Shown: in pieces, positions 50,904 through 62,014 of the stretch
How the letters are laid out: every line of letters begins with the position of its first letter
How positions within the stretch are numbered: position 1 is the first letter of the stretch
Assembly (NCBI GenBank): GCA_963422615.1
Contig: OY730414.1
Location: 1,054,001 to 1,118,000 of the forward strand
DNA from: Longimicrobiales bacterium
GTDB taxonomy: Bacteria; Gemmatimonadota; Gemmatimonadetes; Longimicrobiales; Gaopeijiaceae
Reading direction: 5' to 3'
Length of the DNA stretch: 64,000 nt
Notes under the pieces: model-generated
Seen by the model: the letters and a program-made list of their open reading frames with translations, nothing else
What the model was told of the DNA's origin: nothing
Database searches by the model: none
Translations under genes and position numbers: made by a program

Positions 50904-53525
50904 TCACGGCTCCCTGCTACCGTTGCCGGCATTCTCTTCGTTGTCGCCGGCGTTCGCGCCGTTGTCGCCGTCGCCGTTCGGTCCGTTGTCGTCGCCCATC
51001 ACCCGGGCGACATCCACGACCAAGTCCCCTTGGGCCAGGTTCACCAGGCGAACGCCCTGGGCGCCCCGACCGATCACCCGGATCCCCGACACGTTCTGCC
51101 GGTTCACGACGCCGTTTCGGGTAATCACCATCAGCTGATCCCCGTCTGCCACGGACTTGACCGCCACCACCCCACCCGTCTTCTCGGACGGCTTCAGGTT
51201 GATGACGCCCTTTCCACCGCGGTGCTGGAACCGGTAGGCGCTGATCTCGCTCCGCCGACCCATTCCGTGCTCTGTGGCGACCAGGAGTGTGGTGTTCTGG
51301 CGGCGCACCACCACCATCCCCGCGACCTCGTCCCCCGCTTCCAGGCGAATTCCCCGGACGCCTGCCGCGTTCCGGCCCATGGGCCGGGCGTCGGATTCGG
51401 GGAAACGGATGGCCTTTCCGTTCCGGGTTGCGAGAAGGACGTGGTTGGAGCCGTCCGTTACGCGGACATCGATGACCTCGTCGCCCTCCCGGACGATCAT
51501 GGCGATGATCCCCGTGGCCCGCACGTTGCCGTACGCCGACAGGGGCGTCTTCTTCACCACGCCGTTCTTGGTGCAGAAGAGCAGGAACCTGTCTTCCCGG
51601 AACTCCCGCACGGCAACCACGGAGGCGACGGCGTCGTCTGTCCCCAGATCGGTAAGGTTCACGATGGGTTTCCCCCTGGACTGGCGGCTCCCCTGGGGGA
51701 TTTCCCACACCTTCATCCAATGGCAACGTCCCCGGGTGGAAAAAACCATGAGGAAATCGTGGGTCGTCGCCACAAAGAGGTGTTCGACCCAGTCCTCCGC
51801 CTTGGTTTTCATCCCCTGGAGCCCCCGTCCGCCCCGTTTTTGAGCTCGGTACGCATCAATGGGAATTCGCTTTACGTACCCCTGGCGGGACACGGTGATC
51901 ACCACCTCTTCGTCGACGATGAGGTCTTCCATGTCGAAGGACGAGATGCCCTGGATGATCTCGGAACGGCGGGGGTCGCCGTAGCGTTCTGCGATTTCGG
52001 CCAGCTCGTCCTTGATGACCTGCATGCGGACGTCCCGGTCGCCCAGGATGCGCTGCAGTTCCTGGATCTGGGCCCGAACCCCCTGCAACTCCTTGTCCAG
52101 CTTTTCCATTTCCAGGCCCGTCAGGCGGGCGAGGCGCATGTCCAGGATGGCCCGGGCTTGGCGTTCCGAAAGTCCGAAGGTCCCCTGGCGGAGACTCACC
52201 GCCGCCTCCTCGGCGTCCCGGGACCCGCGAATGATTCTCACGACCTCGTCGATGTTGTCTACGGCGATTCGGAGCCCTTCGAGAATGTGTTCGCGCTTCT
52301 TGGCCGTCGCGAGATCGAATTCGCTGCGCTTGACGACCACGGTGTGGCGGTGGTCAATGAAGTGGACGAGAAAGTTCAGCAGGGGCATGACCCTGGGGAC
52401 GCCGTCCACCAGGGCGAGGAAGATCGCGCCGAAGGTGGATTGCATCTGGGTATGCTTGTAGAGGCGGTTGAGGACGATGTGGGGTACGGCGTCGCGCTTC
52501 AGCTCGATCACCACCCGGAGCCCGTCCCGGTCCGATTCGTCCCGCAGGTCCCGGATGGAGGTGAGCCGCTTCTCCCGCACCAGCGCGGCGACTTGCTCGA
52601 TGAGACGGGATTTGTTCACCATGAACGGGATTTCGTTGATGATGATTCTAGACGTTCCGTTGTCGTCCTCCTCTGTGGTGGTTCGCGCGCGCATGACGAT
52701 CCGCCCCCGGCCCGTACGGTACGCTTCCCGGATGCCGTCGGTACCGCAGATGTACCCGCCGGTGGGGAAGTCGGGCCCCCGGATGATCGTTTCCAGCCGC
52801 TCCCGGACTTTTTCTTCCCGGTTGGCCTGAAACAGATCCCGGGGACGTTCCGCGAACCTGCGCGGGTACCTGTCGCGCCGGATGATGTCTTCCATGTCCT
52901 TTTGGGGCAGCTCGTCGATGATGGCCAGGAGACCGTCGACCACCTCCCGGAGGTTGTGGGGCGGAATGTTGGTGGCCATCCCCACGGCAATGCCCGAAGA
53001 GCCGTTGACGAGCAGGTTGGGCGCCCGCGAAGGGAGGACCGAAGGCTCCAGAAGACGCCCGTCGAAGTTCTCGTCGAAGCGCACCGTCTCCTTCTCGATA
53101 TCGGCCAGGAGCTCCATGGAGAGGCGCTGCAACCGGGCTTCGGTGTAGCGGTATGCCGCCGCCGAGTCGCCGTCGATGGATCCGAAGTTCCCCTGGCCGT
53201 CCACCAGGGGGTACCGGAGAGAGAAATCCTGAACCATCCGGACCAGGGCATCGTACACCGCCGAGTCCCCGTGGGGGTGGTACTTCCCCAGCACCTCCCC
53301 CACGACCGTTGCGCACTTCTTGTAAGCCCGTCCCGGGGACAACCCCAGGCCGGACATGGCGTAGAGGATACGCCGATGAACGGGCTTCAGGCCGTCCCGG
53401 ACATCGGGGAGGGCCCGCTGCACGTTTACGCTCATCGAGTAATTGATGAACGACTCCCGCATCTCCTTTTCCAGGATTCTTTCCAGGACCCTTTCTCTGG
53501 GGCCGTTGGATTCGTTTTCTGCCAT
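50904..53525 (-). CDS. gyrA: DNA gyrase subunit A
   Basis: [27 protein letters not shown], catalytic AAAYRYTE, GyrA-box QKRGGRG, acidic tail. Confidence 0.98.
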   Translation of the reverse strand: MAENESNGPRERVLERILEKEMRESFINYSMSVNVQRALPDVRDGLKPVHRRILYAMSGLGLSPGRAYKKCATVVGEVLGKYHPHGDSAVYDALVRMVQDFSLRYPLVDGQGNFGSIDGDSAAAYRYTEARLQRLSMELLADIEKETVRFDENFDGRLLEPSVLPSRAPNLLVNGSSGIAVGMATNIPPHNLREVVDGLLAIIDELPQKDMEDIIRRDRYPRRFAERPRDLFQANREEKVRERLETIIRGPDFPTGGYICGTDGIREAYRTGRGRIVMRARTTTEEDDNGTSRIIINEIPFMVNKSRLIEQVAALVREKRLTSIRDLRDESDRDGLRVVIELKRDAVPHIVLNRLYKHTQMQSTFGAIFLALVDGVPRVMPLLNFLVHFIDHRHTVVVKRSEFDLATAKKREHILEGLRIAVDNIDEVVRIIRGSRDAEEAAVSLRQGTFGLSERQARAILDMRLARLTGLEMEKLDKELQGVRAQIQELQRILGDRDVRMQVIKDELAEIAERYGDPRRSEIIQGISSFDMEDLIVDEEVVITVSRQGYVKRIPIDAYRAQKRGGRGLQGMKTKAEDWVEHLFVATTHDFLMVFSTRGRCHWMKVWEIPQGSRQSRGKPIVNLTDLGTDDAVASVVAVREFREDRFLLFCTKNGVVKKTPLSAYGNVRATGIIAMIVREGDEVIDVRVTDGSNHVLLATRNGKAIRFPESDARPMGRNAAGVRGIRLEAGDEVAGMVVVRRQNTTLLVATEHGMGRRSEISAYRFQHRGGKGVINLKPSEKTGGVVAVKSVADGDQLMVITRNGVVNRQNVSGIRVIGRGAQGVRLVNLAQGDLVVDVARVMGDDNGPNGDGDNGANAGDNEENAGNGSREP

Positions 53526-53629
53526 GGCACCCTGGGATGAAGTATGCGGGCTCTACGCTTGCCGCACAGGGAAGAAAGAAAGGTCCTGAAAGAGCTTGTA
53601 GCCTTGTAAAATAACGAATTTATGCGAAT

Positions 53630-53658
53630 CGGATCAAGGTGCTCTTTTCCTTGATCCG
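53630..53658. repeat. 10-bp inverted repeat upstream of gyrA (terminator or operator candidate)
   Basis: CGGATCAAGG-N9-CCTTGATCCG next to an AT-rich tract. Confidence 0.45.
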
Positions 53659-53828
53659 GGGACGAATTTGCGCTACCGCGTTTGCTGCGGGGGGCGCCGG
53701 AGCTGTGGGGTCTTTCCTCGGCTTCGGGCCGGGCCGACCTCTCGTTCCTCGGGCCGGGACATACCGGGCGTGCGACCCGGCAGACCTCGTCACGCGACCG
53801 TCCCCGGGTCATGCTGTGGACGGTTCGG

Positions 53829-54848
53829 TTACGCCATGGAGACGAAGTCGGCCCCGTCCCGGAGACCTGCCTGAGCGGCCGCCCTTCGGACCGCCGCTCG
53901 ACCCTTTGCGCGGGCCACCGCTCCCACGTGGAGGACATTTCGAACCTGCCTTGCGGCACCCGTATCCAGTACCTTGGCCCCGTGAATCACCTGACCGATC
54001 TTGCGTTGATCCACGTCAATGAACCCCCCGACGGACACACCCTGCCTCTGGAACTCCAGTGCGAGGCGCTTCCCGGTCGGCCCCGCCCCCCAAACGACAA
54101 CGCCCTCCCTGCTGCGGGCCAAGGGGCTTCGGCGGAGGTGGTGGACCTTGCACGTCCGAAAGGCGTCCAGGGAGTACGAGGGGTGGTTCCGGCTGAGGCG
54201 CCCTTGGCTGTCCCGCCAGTTCAGGAGCGTTCGGGGAAGCGCAGCGAAGCGATGCCCGGCCCTCGCTATGCGAAGCAGCAGGTCGTAGTCTTCCGGCCAG
54301 CCCCGGTCCCGGTATCCTCCTGCGGACATCAGCACTTCGGTCCTGAACATGAAGGTGGGGTGGGCAAGGGGACATTCAACGAAGAGGTTGGCCGCCACGG
54401 CGAGCCAGTCCGTCATGGAGTTGAGCCAGGCCGCGTATTCGGCTGCCCTTTCCGTGACTCGATCTTCGGGAACGATGCGCACACCCGTCCCGCACCCCGC
54501 AAGACCGGACCGTTCCAGGAAGTCCAGCTGGGCCCGAAGGCGTTCCGGGTGGCAGGAGTCGTCCGCGTCCATTCGGGCCACGATCGGGGCCCGAACCCTG
54601 GCCAGCCCGTGCTGGAGCGCCTTGACCAGCCCTGCGCGAGGGGTTCGCCAAGTCCGTACGCGCCCGTCCCGGGCTGCCCACTCCCGGACGACCCGGGCTG
54701 TGCGGTCCCGAGAGCCGTCGTCCACCACGATCACCTCGAAGTTCGCGAAGGTCTGGGAAGCGAGGGACTGGAGAGCCGCCCCGACCGTGGCCGCCCCGTC
54801 CCGTACCGGGAGGAGGACCGAAATCCGGGGGCGGACGGGCGGGGTCAC
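53829..54848 (-). CDS. Glycosyltransferase family 2 with C-terminal Rossmann-like domain
   Basis: SVLLPVRD, VDDGSRD, ARMDADD, HPT, EDYDL; VVVWGAGPTGK. Confidence 0.9.
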   Translation of the reverse strand: MTPPVRPRISVLLPVRDGAATVGAALQSLASQTFANFEVIVVDDGSRDRTARVVREWAARDGRVRTWRTPRAGLVKALQHGLARVRAPIVARMDADDSCHPERLRAQLDFLERSGLAGCGTGVRIVPEDRVTERAAEYAAWLNSMTDWLAVAANLFVECPLAHPTFMFRTEVLMSAGGYRDRGWPEDYDLLLRIARAGHRFAALPRTLLNWRDSQGRLSRNHPSYSLDAFRTCKVHHLRRSPLARSREGVVVWGAGPTGKRLALEFQRQGVSVGGFIDVDQRKIGQVIHGAKVLDTGAARQVRNVLHVGAVARAKGRAAVRRAAAQAGLRDGADFVSMA

Positions 54849-54921
54849 GGCGGTGGGCCGCCTAGCGCTGGTGCCTGCGGCATCGACCGCGCTCCATCAA
54901 TCCGGCGAGAAAGGCCGGGCT

Positions 54922-57747
54922 TCATCGTCCGGTGTTTGCCAGGAATTGCCCCGTGATGCTCTCCGGCATCGTCGCCACGTCTCCGGGGCGCCCCATGGCG
55001 ACGATCTCTCCCCCGCGGTCCCCGGCACCGGGACCCATGTCGATCACCCAGTCGGCGGCTCGAACCACGTCCAGGTCGTGCTCCACCACCACGAGGGTGT
55101 TGCCGCTCTCGACCAGCTTTCGGAGAACGGCATTCAGCCGGGCGACATCCTCCCCCGAAAGCCCTGTGGTGGGTTCGTCCAGAATGTACATTTTCCGCCC
55201 CCGCCGCTTGGCGGCGGCGATGAGCTCCCTGGCGATCTTGAGTCGCTGCGCTTCGCCCCCAGAAAGCGTTGTCGCGGGCTGTCCCAGACGAAGGTAGCCT
55301 AGGCCCGCCCGCTGCAGATGCCAGAGGGACTGGCCCAGCTTCCGCTCCCGGAGAAAGAATCGAAGCGCCCGGTCAACGGTGAGTTCGAGCACATCGTTCA
55401 CGTTGAGGCCCTGCACGGCTACCTGGAGAACTTCCGGGCGATAGCGCTTTCCGTCGCAAACTTCGCAGGGGACATAGATGTCGGACATGAAGACCATCTC
55501 GACTGACGTGTACCCGGCCCCTTTGCACGCTTCGCAGCGGCCTCCCTTCACATTGAAGGAGAAGCTGCGTGCGGTCAGGCCCGCCTTGGCGGCGGCGGGC
55601 TGGCGGGCGAAGATCCGGCGGACCTCGCTCCACGCCCGGATGTAGGTGACGGGGTTCGATCGGGGGGTCCGTCCGATGGGGCTCTGGTCGACCAGTACCA
55701 CGTCTTCCACGTGTTCGAGGCCGCTGAGGGAGCGGTACCGCCCGACCCCTTCGCCCAGGTGCACCTTGGCGGATGTACCGCCGCTCAGTTCCCGCTCCAG
55801 GGCCCGGTAGAGGATGTCGTGGACCAGGGTCGACTTCCCCGATCCGGACACGCCCGTCACGGCGGTCACGGCTTCCACGGGAAATTCGGCGTCCACGCCT
55901 TTCAGGTTGTGGAGGGTGGCTCCTTCCAGACGAAGGCGGGCCCGGCCCAAAGGTCGACCACCGGGAGGGCAGGAGGGCGGGTCGGCTCGAGAAAAGTACC
56001 GTCCCGTGCTGGTCTTCGATCCCTCGAGGGCCTGGGCGGTTCCCTCGAAGACGACTTCCCCACCGTTCTCGCCCGCGCCCGGGCCCAACTCCACGACATG
56101 ATCGGCGGCCCGGATCACCGAGGCGCTGTGTTCCACCACAACCACCGTGTTGCCGGTGTCCCGGAGGCGCTTCAAAAGCCCGAGCAAGGCCCGGGTATCC
56201 CGGGGGTGCAGGCCGACAGAGGGCTCGTCAAGAACATAGAGGGTGTCCACGAGACGGGAACCCAGGGCGTTCGCCAGGGAAATGCGCTGGGCCTCCCCTC
56301 CCGACACGGTCCGCATCCGGCGATTCAGAGCCAGGTAGCCGAGCCCCACATCCACCAGGAACCCGACCCGCGCGGAGAGTTCCCTGAGGATATTGGCCGC
56401 GATCCCGGCTTCCATGGGCCGAAGGTCGAGCCCTTCCAGCCAGCCCAAGAGGTCTTCCACGGGCTGGGCGGTGGCCCAGGCGATGTCTTGGCCGCCCAGA
56501 GTGACGTATCCGGCCTCTGGTATCAAGCGCGAACCGCTGCATGCGCGGCACCGCCGGGGCCGCTGGTATCGGCGCAAGAAGATTCGGATGTACGGCTTGT
56601 ACCGTTTCGGCTCCTTGGACACGAGGAAGTCCATCACCCCTCGAAAGCCGTCCCTTCCGAACAGAATCGCTTCCCGGAAGGATTGGGGCAGCTCCTTCCA
56701 GGGGGTGTACCTGGAGACCCCTTCCCGCACCGCGAAGCGCCGGAGGTCCGCCCGCTCCCGGGTGTAGCGAGGTTTGGCCCAGGGATCCACTGCACCCTCT
56801 TCCAAGGAGCGGTCCTCGTCGGGAATCACGAGCCCCGGATCGTACGCCAGCGTCTCCCCGAATCCGGTGCACGCCGGGCAACTTCCGTAAGGAGTGTTGA
56901 AGGAAAAGAGGCGGGGGGTCGGCTCGAGGAAGCCGATGTCCGGGTGGGCGGGACACCGGAAGTGCTCGGTAAAGCGAATTCCGTCGCTTGCCCCCCTGTC
57001 GGCCGGAATGGCAACCGCTTCCCCCTCTCCTTCCCGGAAGCAGACGGCGAGGGAGTCCGCCAGGCGCTCGGTCCAGCCCGGCCCCGGGTCCCCGGAGACC
57101 CGGATTCGGTCCACGACGACCATGACCTCGCCCGCAGCCGCGAGATCCGGAGCGGTGGCGTCCGGCTCCGGGAGGTCGCTGTGCCCCAGGTCCGTCATCA
57201 CGCCGTCGGCAAGAACCCGAATGAAGCCGAGAGAACGAAGGTTCCGGGCCACGAGGTCGTGGGAGGTGCGGCCGCTCCTGGCCAGCGGGAAGGCGATCAG
57301 CAGTCTCGTTCCCGGAGCCAGTCCGGCGATCCGGTCGACGGCGTCGCTCACGCTATCCGGACAGACTTCGGCGCCGCATTCGGGGCAACGGGTTCGGCCG
57401 ACCCGGGCGTACAGGAGGCGAAGAAAGTCGTAGACGTCGGTGGCGGTGCCCACCGTAGACCGACTGCTGGTGACGGGGGCCGCCTGCTCGATGGCGACGG
57501 CCGGAGAGAGCCCCTCGATCGCGTCCACGTCCGGCTTCTCCATCCGGTCCAGAAACTGTCTTGCGTACGTGGACAGAGCCTCCACATACCGGCGCTGACC
57601 CGCTGCGTACAGGGTGTCCAGGGCCAGGGACGACTTGCCGGAACCCGAAGGTCCGGTGATCACCGTGAGCGCGCCCCTGGGAAGATCCAGGTCGAAGCCC
57701 TTCAAGTTGTGCTGGCGAGCGCCCCTGATCTGAATCGGCTCATCCAT
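54922..57747 (-). CDS. uvrA: Excinuclease ABC subunit A
   Basis: GARQHNLK, GPSGSGKSS, SGGEAQR, LDEPSVGLH, GVSGSGKST, CEAC/CEVC zinc finger, LDEPTTGL. Confidence 0.96.
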   Translation of the reverse strand: MDEPIQIRGARQHNLKGFDLDLPRGALTVITGPSGSGKSSLALDTLYAAGQRRYVEALSTYARQFLDRMEKPDVDAIEGLSPAVAIEQAAPVTSSRSTVGTATDVYDFLRLLYARVGRTRCPECGAEVCPDSVSDAVDRIAGLAPGTRLLIAFPLARSGRTSHDLVARNLRSLGFIRVLADGVMTDLGHSDLPEPDATAPDLAAAGEVMVVVDRIRVSGDPGPGWTERLADSLAVCFREGEGEAVAIPADRGASDGIRFTEHFRCPAHPDIGFLEPTPRLFSFNTPYGSCPACTGFGETLAYDPGLVIPDEDRSLEEGAVDPWAKPRYTRERADLRRFAVREGVSRYTPWKELPQSFREAILFGRDGFRGVMDFLVSKEPKRYKPYIRIFLRRYQRPRRCRACSGSRLIPEAGYVTLGGQDIAWATAQPVEDLLGWLEGLDLRPMEAGIAANILRELSARVGFLVDVGLGYLALNRRMRTVSGGEAQRISLANALGSRLVDTLYVLDEPSVGLHPRDTRALLGLLKRLRDTGNTVVVVEHSASVIRAADHVVELGPGAGENGGEVVFEGTAQALEGSKTSTGRYFSRADPPSCPPGGRPLGRARLRLEGATLHNLKGVDAEFPVEAVTAVTGVSGSGKSTLVHDILYRALERELSGGTSAKVHLGEGVGRYRSLSGLEHVEDVVLVDQSPIGRTPRSNPVTYIRAWSEVRRIFARQPAAAKAGLTARSFSFNVKGGRCEACKGAGYTSVEMVFMSDIYVPCEVCDGKRYRPEVLQVAVQGLNVNDVLELTVDRALRFFLRERKLGQSLWHLQRAGLGYLRLGQPATTLSGGEAQRLKIARELIAAAKRRGRKMYILDEPTTGLSGEDVARLNAVLRKLVESGNTLVVVEHDLDVVRAADWVIDMGPGAGDRGGEIVAMGRPGDVATMPESITGQFLANTGR

Positions 57748-57760
57748 AGGGGTGACTATA
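57748..57760 (-). promoter_or_regulatory. Putative -10 box for a leaderless uvrA transcript
   Basis: Minus strand TATAGT, then CACCCCT, then ATG; no SD. Confidence 0.5.
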
Positions 57761-57870
57761 CCCGGCCCGCCGCTTCCTGTGAACGGTTGCCCGGTTGCCC
57801 GGACGGGCCGTTTCCCCGACCGTGGTACGGCCGGAAAGGCACCGTTCCTCCTGCAAACACTCCTGAAGCC

Positions 57871-58935
57871 ATGGCCTGCTACCCCCGAGAAGACTTCCGC
57901 CTTCTGGCCCGATACCTTCCTGATCGCTCCCCAGTTGCCGCGGACCTGAGCGACAATCGCAATCTATGGGGAGCCCACCCGGCGGCGGTGAAGGTCCTGG
58001 CCGCCTTCGGCGCGTCCGGGCTTGCCGAGTACCCGGAAGCGTACGGAGACCGGCTGGCCGAAGCCGTTTCGGCGAAGCTCCGGGTTCCCGGGAACTGCGT
58101 TGCGACGGGAGTGGGAGGGACCGGTGTCCTGGACGCCCTCATGCGAGCGGTTGCACCCACGACCTTTCGCTTCCTGGAGCCGGTCTGGCCGGCAGCGACG
58201 ATGTTGGCGAGGATGAACGGCCACCAGCCGGTTCCGACGGCGTGGGAGTCCGGCCTGGCGGAGCCCGCTCGCCTGGTCGGGGACACCCCCTGCATCGTTT
58301 TCCTGGCGAATCCCGCCAACCCGACGGGACTGGCCCTCCCCGACCCGTGGATCCGGGCGGTCCAGCAGCTCACGGAGAAGGTGGGTAGCGTCCTGATCAT
58401 CGATGAGGCATATGGCGAATACGGTCGGGGCGTCGATGACCGAACCCCAATCGATCTGGCCTTGAAGGGAGAGCGCACCTTTTGCGCCAAGACCCTCTCC
58501 AAGGCGTACGGGCTTGCCGGTATGAGGGTCGGGTACGGGGTCGGGAGTCCGGCGCTGGTGCTGGAAGTGGATAAGGCGCGGGGGCCTTTTGCCCTTTCCG
58601 GCGTGGCGTCTGCCGCTGGGGCTGCCGCGGTCTCCAGCGATTCGCTGTGGCTGTCCCGCACCCTTGCAGAAGCCAGGGAAAACCGCAGCCGCCTGACGGA
58701 TAGCCTGCGTCGGCGAGGATTTTCCGTCCCCACGTCCGCGGCCAACTTCGTTTTCATCGAGCTCCCGGCGGCCAAGCTGGAACCCACTGCCCGGGGCCTG
58801 GAGCGGTGCGGTGTCCGGGTGCGTCCCTTCCGGGGCCTGGCATCCGGGACGGGTCTTCGGGCCACTGTGGGCCCCTGGGACCCTATGCGTCAGCTTCTCG
58901 GCGGGTTGGACCGGGTCGGGGCGGGGCGGTCCTGA
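57871..58935 (+). CDS. Class I/II PLP aminotransferase (HisC-like)
   Basis: NPANPTG, IDEAYGEY, KTLSKAYGLAGMRVGY, SAANFV, LRATVG. Confidence 0.88.
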   Translation: MACYPREDFRLLARYLPDRSPVAADLSDNRNLWGAHPAAVKVLAAFGASGLAEYPEAYGDRLAEAVSAKLRVPGNCVATGVGGTGVLDALMRAVAPTTFRFLEPVWPAATMLARMNGHQPVPTAWESGLAEPARLVGDTPCIVFLANPANPTGLALPDPWIRAVQQLTEKVGSVLIIDEAYGEYGRGVDDRTPIDLALKGERTFCAKTLSKAYGLAGMRVGYGVGSPALVLEVDKARGPFALSGVASAAGAAAVSSDSLWLSRTLAEARENRSRLTDSLRRRGFSVPTSAANFVFIELPAAKLEPTARGLERCGVRVRPFRGLASGTGLRATVGPWDPMRQLLGGLDRVGAGRS

Positions 58936-58979
58936 CTCCCGATTCGGGCGAGCGATTGCGGGGTACACGGATCCGCTAG

Positions 58980-60830
58980 ATGTCCGAACCGACCGCAGGG
59001 TATGAAGAGGAGGTCCTCGGGAAGGCGTACGACTCCCGCCTGATGGCCCGGCTCCTCCGCTACCTCGGGCCCTACAGACTGCCCGTGGTGGGCGCCGTCG
59101 TGCTTCTGATGCTGGCTGCCGGGTTGTCCGTGGTCGGTCCCTACCTGACCAAGATCGCGCTCGACGAAGCCATCCCCCGGGGTGACCGCCGCCTGCTCGC
59201 GCATCTCGCCCTCCTCTATTTCGGGGCGACAGTGCTCATCTTCGGGTTCCAGTACGTTCAAGCGCTCGTGACCACTTGGCTGGGACAGCGGGTCATGTAC
59301 GACCTGCGCACTCAGATCTTCAAGAAGCTTCAGGAACTGGACCTGCGCTTCTACGACCGGAACCCCGTGGGTCGCCTCATGACCCGCATTACCTCCGATG
59401 TGGAGACGCTGAACGAACTGTTCAGCTCCGGGGTCGTCACCGTCTTCGGGGACCTCTTCATCCTCTTCTTCATCGTTGCGGCCATGCTTCAAATGGACGC
59501 CCAGTTGGCCCTCGTGACCTTCAGCGTGCTCCCTTTTGTCGCCTATTCGGCCTTTGTTTTTCGGTCTCGCATCCGAGGCGCCTACAGGGACATCCGCATC
59601 CGCCTGGCACGCATGAACGCCTTCCTCCAGGAACGTTTCACCGGAATCCGGGTTGTCCAGCTCTTCAACCGCGAACAGGCCGACCTGAATCGCTTCAAGG
59701 CCCTCGACAGTGACTATCTCGACGCCCACCTTCGCTCGATCACCTACTACGCCCTGTTCTTCCCCGTCATCCAGCTCCTCACGGCGGTGGCCCTTGCCCT
59801 GATTATCTGGTACGGCGGCGGCGCCTACATTCAAGGCGCGGTCACCATCGGGGTTCTAGCGGCGTTTTTGGACTATGCCCGCCGCTTCTTCCGTCCCATC
59901 CAGGATTTGTCGGAGAAGTACAACCTTCTCCAGGGGGCCATGGCGTCCTCGGAGCGCATTTTCCGCCTCCTGGATCGGGAACCGAAGATCGCGGATCCCG
60001 TCAACCCCACGGCCCTTCCGGAGGGCGCGGCGGGAGAGATCCGCTTCGAGAACGTCTGGTTTGCCTACGGTGGGGCCGGCAAGGAGGGCCCCCAGGATCC
60101 GAAGGAAAGGGGGGACGGGGAAGACGAAGGGGACGGGGAACCGGACTGGGTCATCCGGGACCTTTCCTTCAGGGTGGCTCCCGGGGACAAGCTCGCCATT
60201 GTCGGTCACACCGGAGCCGGGAAGACCACGATCATCAACCTGCTCATGCGGTTCTACGAAGCCCAGCGGGGCCGAATCCTGGTGGACGGGGTTTCGGTTC
60301 GACGCCTGACGGTCAAGGACCTGCGGGCCCGGATCGGGCTCGTGCTTCAGGATGTATTCCTGTTCAGTCAGTCCATCCGGTACAACGTGCGCCTGGGGGC
60401 CCGGTCGATCGACAAGGACGCGGTCGAGCGCTCCCTGGAAGCGGTGGGGGCTTCGCCTTTCGTCCGCCGTCTTCCTACAGGGTCCGAACGGAACCTGGGT
60501 GAGCGGGGGGCCAAGCTCTCGGTCGGGGAGCGCCAGCTCCTCTCCTTTGCCAGGGCCCTCGCCTTCGACCCGGCCATCCTTGTGTTGGACGAGGCGACCA
60601 GCTCCGTCGATTCGGAGGTCGAGGCCCGGATCGAAGAGGCCACGGACCGTCTGATGGAGGGCCGAACCTGCCTGGTGATTGCCCACCGCCTCTCGACCGT
60701 TCAGGGGGCGGACCGAATCCTGGTCATGCACCATGGCAGACTCGCGGAAGAAGGGACCCACGAAGCGCTGCTGGAGAAGGGCGGGCTGTACCGGCAACTA
60801 CACGAGCTCCAATTGACCGGAACGACCTGA
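58980..60830 (+). CDS. ABC exporter, fused TMD-NBD
   Basis: 6-TM domain, GHTGAGKTT, LSVGERQLL, LVLDEATS, IAHRLST. Confidence 0.95.
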   Translation: MSEPTAGYEEEVLGKAYDSRLMARLLRYLGPYRLPVVGAVVLLMLAAGLSVVGPYLTKIALDEAIPRGDRRLLAHLALLYFGATVLIFGFQYVQALVTTWLGQRVMYDLRTQIFKKLQELDLRFYDRNPVGRLMTRITSDVETLNELFSSGVVTVFGDLFILFFIVAAMLQMDAQLALVTFSVLPFVAYSAFVFRSRIRGAYRDIRIRLARMNAFLQERFTGIRVVQLFNREQADLNRFKALDSDYLDAHLRSITYYALFFPVIQLLTAVALALIIWYGGGAYIQGAVTIGVLAAFLDYARRFFRPIQDLSEKYNLLQGAMASSERIFRLLDREPKIADPVNPTALPEGAAGEIRFENVWFAYGGAGKEGPQDPKERGDGEDEGDGEPDWVIRDLSFRVAPGDKLAIVGHTGAGKTTIINLLMRFYEAQRGRILVDGVSVRRLTVKDLRARIGLVLQDVFLFSQSIRYNVRLGARSIDKDAVERSLEAVGASPFVRRLPTGSERNLGERGAKLSVGERQLLSFARALAFDPAILVLDEATSSVDSEVEARIEEATDRLMEGRTCLVIAHRLSTVQGADRILVMHHGRLAEEGTHEALLEKGGLYRQLHELQLTGTT

Positions 60831-60981
60831 AAAGGTCCCGGGGGCCAGAGTGGGGCCGGGGGCCAGGGTGCACGCGAGGCTCCATCCAAGTCGGACCGCG
60901 ATTTGCCGCAGATATGGAGGAACGGAGTCGCCCGACAGACCGCATTTGGGTATGTGGAGTAGCCTCAGGGAGGCAACGCAA

Positions 60982-61410
60982 CTACCGAATCCGCCCGATG
61001 GGTCCGCCCTCCTTTGTCTTGCCCGTGACCGCGAAGGCGATTACCGCGGCCGTGCCGACCAGGACACTGGCGACGATGACCGAAATCCGGGTGCCGTCCA
61101 GTTCCCTTACGAGCACCTCGCTCACGTCCGAGAGGGGGAAGGATATGGTCTCCGTTCCCCCGTCCCCGTTTTCGCCAGGTGCCCGAACCACGCCCGTAAC
61201 GATCAAGGCCGCCTCGGTCCACCGGACGTGCTCGACGCCGGAGAATTCGAAGGTCTCGCTGTCCGGGCCTTCTCCCAGGACCACGCCCCGGATGTTTGTG
61301 CTGTCTCGGACTTCCGGCGCCGGAACGGGTTGGACCCTGACGGAATAGCAACTGGAGGCCAGGAAGGAAGCGGCTACAACCGCGGGGAGGGCGGCTCGGG
61401 GCTTTCTCAT
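60982..61410 (-). CDS. Hypothetical lipoprotein with C-terminal TM helix
   Basis: MRKPRAALPAVVAASFLASSC lipobox; hydrophobic C-terminal segment. Confidence 0.7.
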   Translation of the reverse strand: MRKPRAALPAVVAASFLASSCYSVRVQPVPAPEVRDSTNIRGVVLGEGPDSETFEFSGVEHVRWTEAALIVTGVVRAPGENGDGGTETISFPLSDVSEVLVRELDGTRISVIVASVLVGTAAVIAFAVTGKTKEGGPIGRIR

Positions 61411-61609
61411 ATCGGTCCATCGGGTATAGGTTGACTCTTGATTTCTGCGGGTCGCATTCGAACCGCAGGGAAATTGAAGCGGTCGGATGAGACAGCGCAA
61501 ACGCTCGAGGATGGGATCCTGGTTGTGCGCACCCGGGGTACCGGGGTAGGGCCATTTAGCGGCGGTTCGCTCCGCGACAGCGATTTCCTTGTGAAACGGA
61601 TTGGGGGGT

Positions 61610-62014
61610 ATGGAGATGGGGACACGAACCGCCGTTTCAATGGTCTTCGCTGCGACGGTTACCGCCGCCGCTTGTGCATCATCGGGTGGCGCGGAGGCCG
61701 GAGGCCGGGCCCGAAACGTCATCACGCCCGAGGAGCTGATGGGGGTCCCGTACAGCTCCGTGTACGAAGCGGTGAGGGCCCTTCGCCCCAGGTGGCTTCA
61801 GGCAAGGAGCGGGGCGTCCATTCGCAGCCCCCAGCGGCAGACGCCCCGGGTGTATCTTGACGGACGGCTTTTCGGCAGCGTTGAGCAGTTGTGGACCCTC
61901 CTCCCCGGAGAAGTGGGGGAGCTCCGGTTCATGAGCGCAAGCGACGCCACCACCCGTTTCGGGACCAACCACGTCGCTGGCGTGATCGTCGTCACGACCC
62001 GGCGCCGGGAATGA
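61610..62014 (+). CDS. Stand-alone TonB-dependent receptor plug-like lipoprotein
   Basis: Lipobox AAAC; NVITPEEL, VYEAVRALRP, PRVYLDG, ELRFMSASDATTRFG...GVIVVTT parallel the plug consensus. Confidence 0.72.
   Translation: MEMGTRTAVSMVFAATVTAAACASSGGAEAGGRARNVITPEELMGVPYSSVYEAVRALRPRWLQARSGASIRSPQRQTPRVYLDGRLFGSVEQLWTLLPGEVGELRFMSASDATTRFGTNHVAGVIVVTTRRRE

Noticed and set aside
50920..51000. Imperfect GTTGTCGCC repeats
   Set aside because: They encode the G/D/N-rich acidic tail of GyrA; not an independent repeat element
53604..53630. dif-like sequence TTGTAAAATAA-CGAAT-TTATGCGAATC
   Set aside because: Spacer is 5 rather than 6 nt and the XerD-like arm has 3 mismatches; more likely part of the AT-rich gyrA promoter
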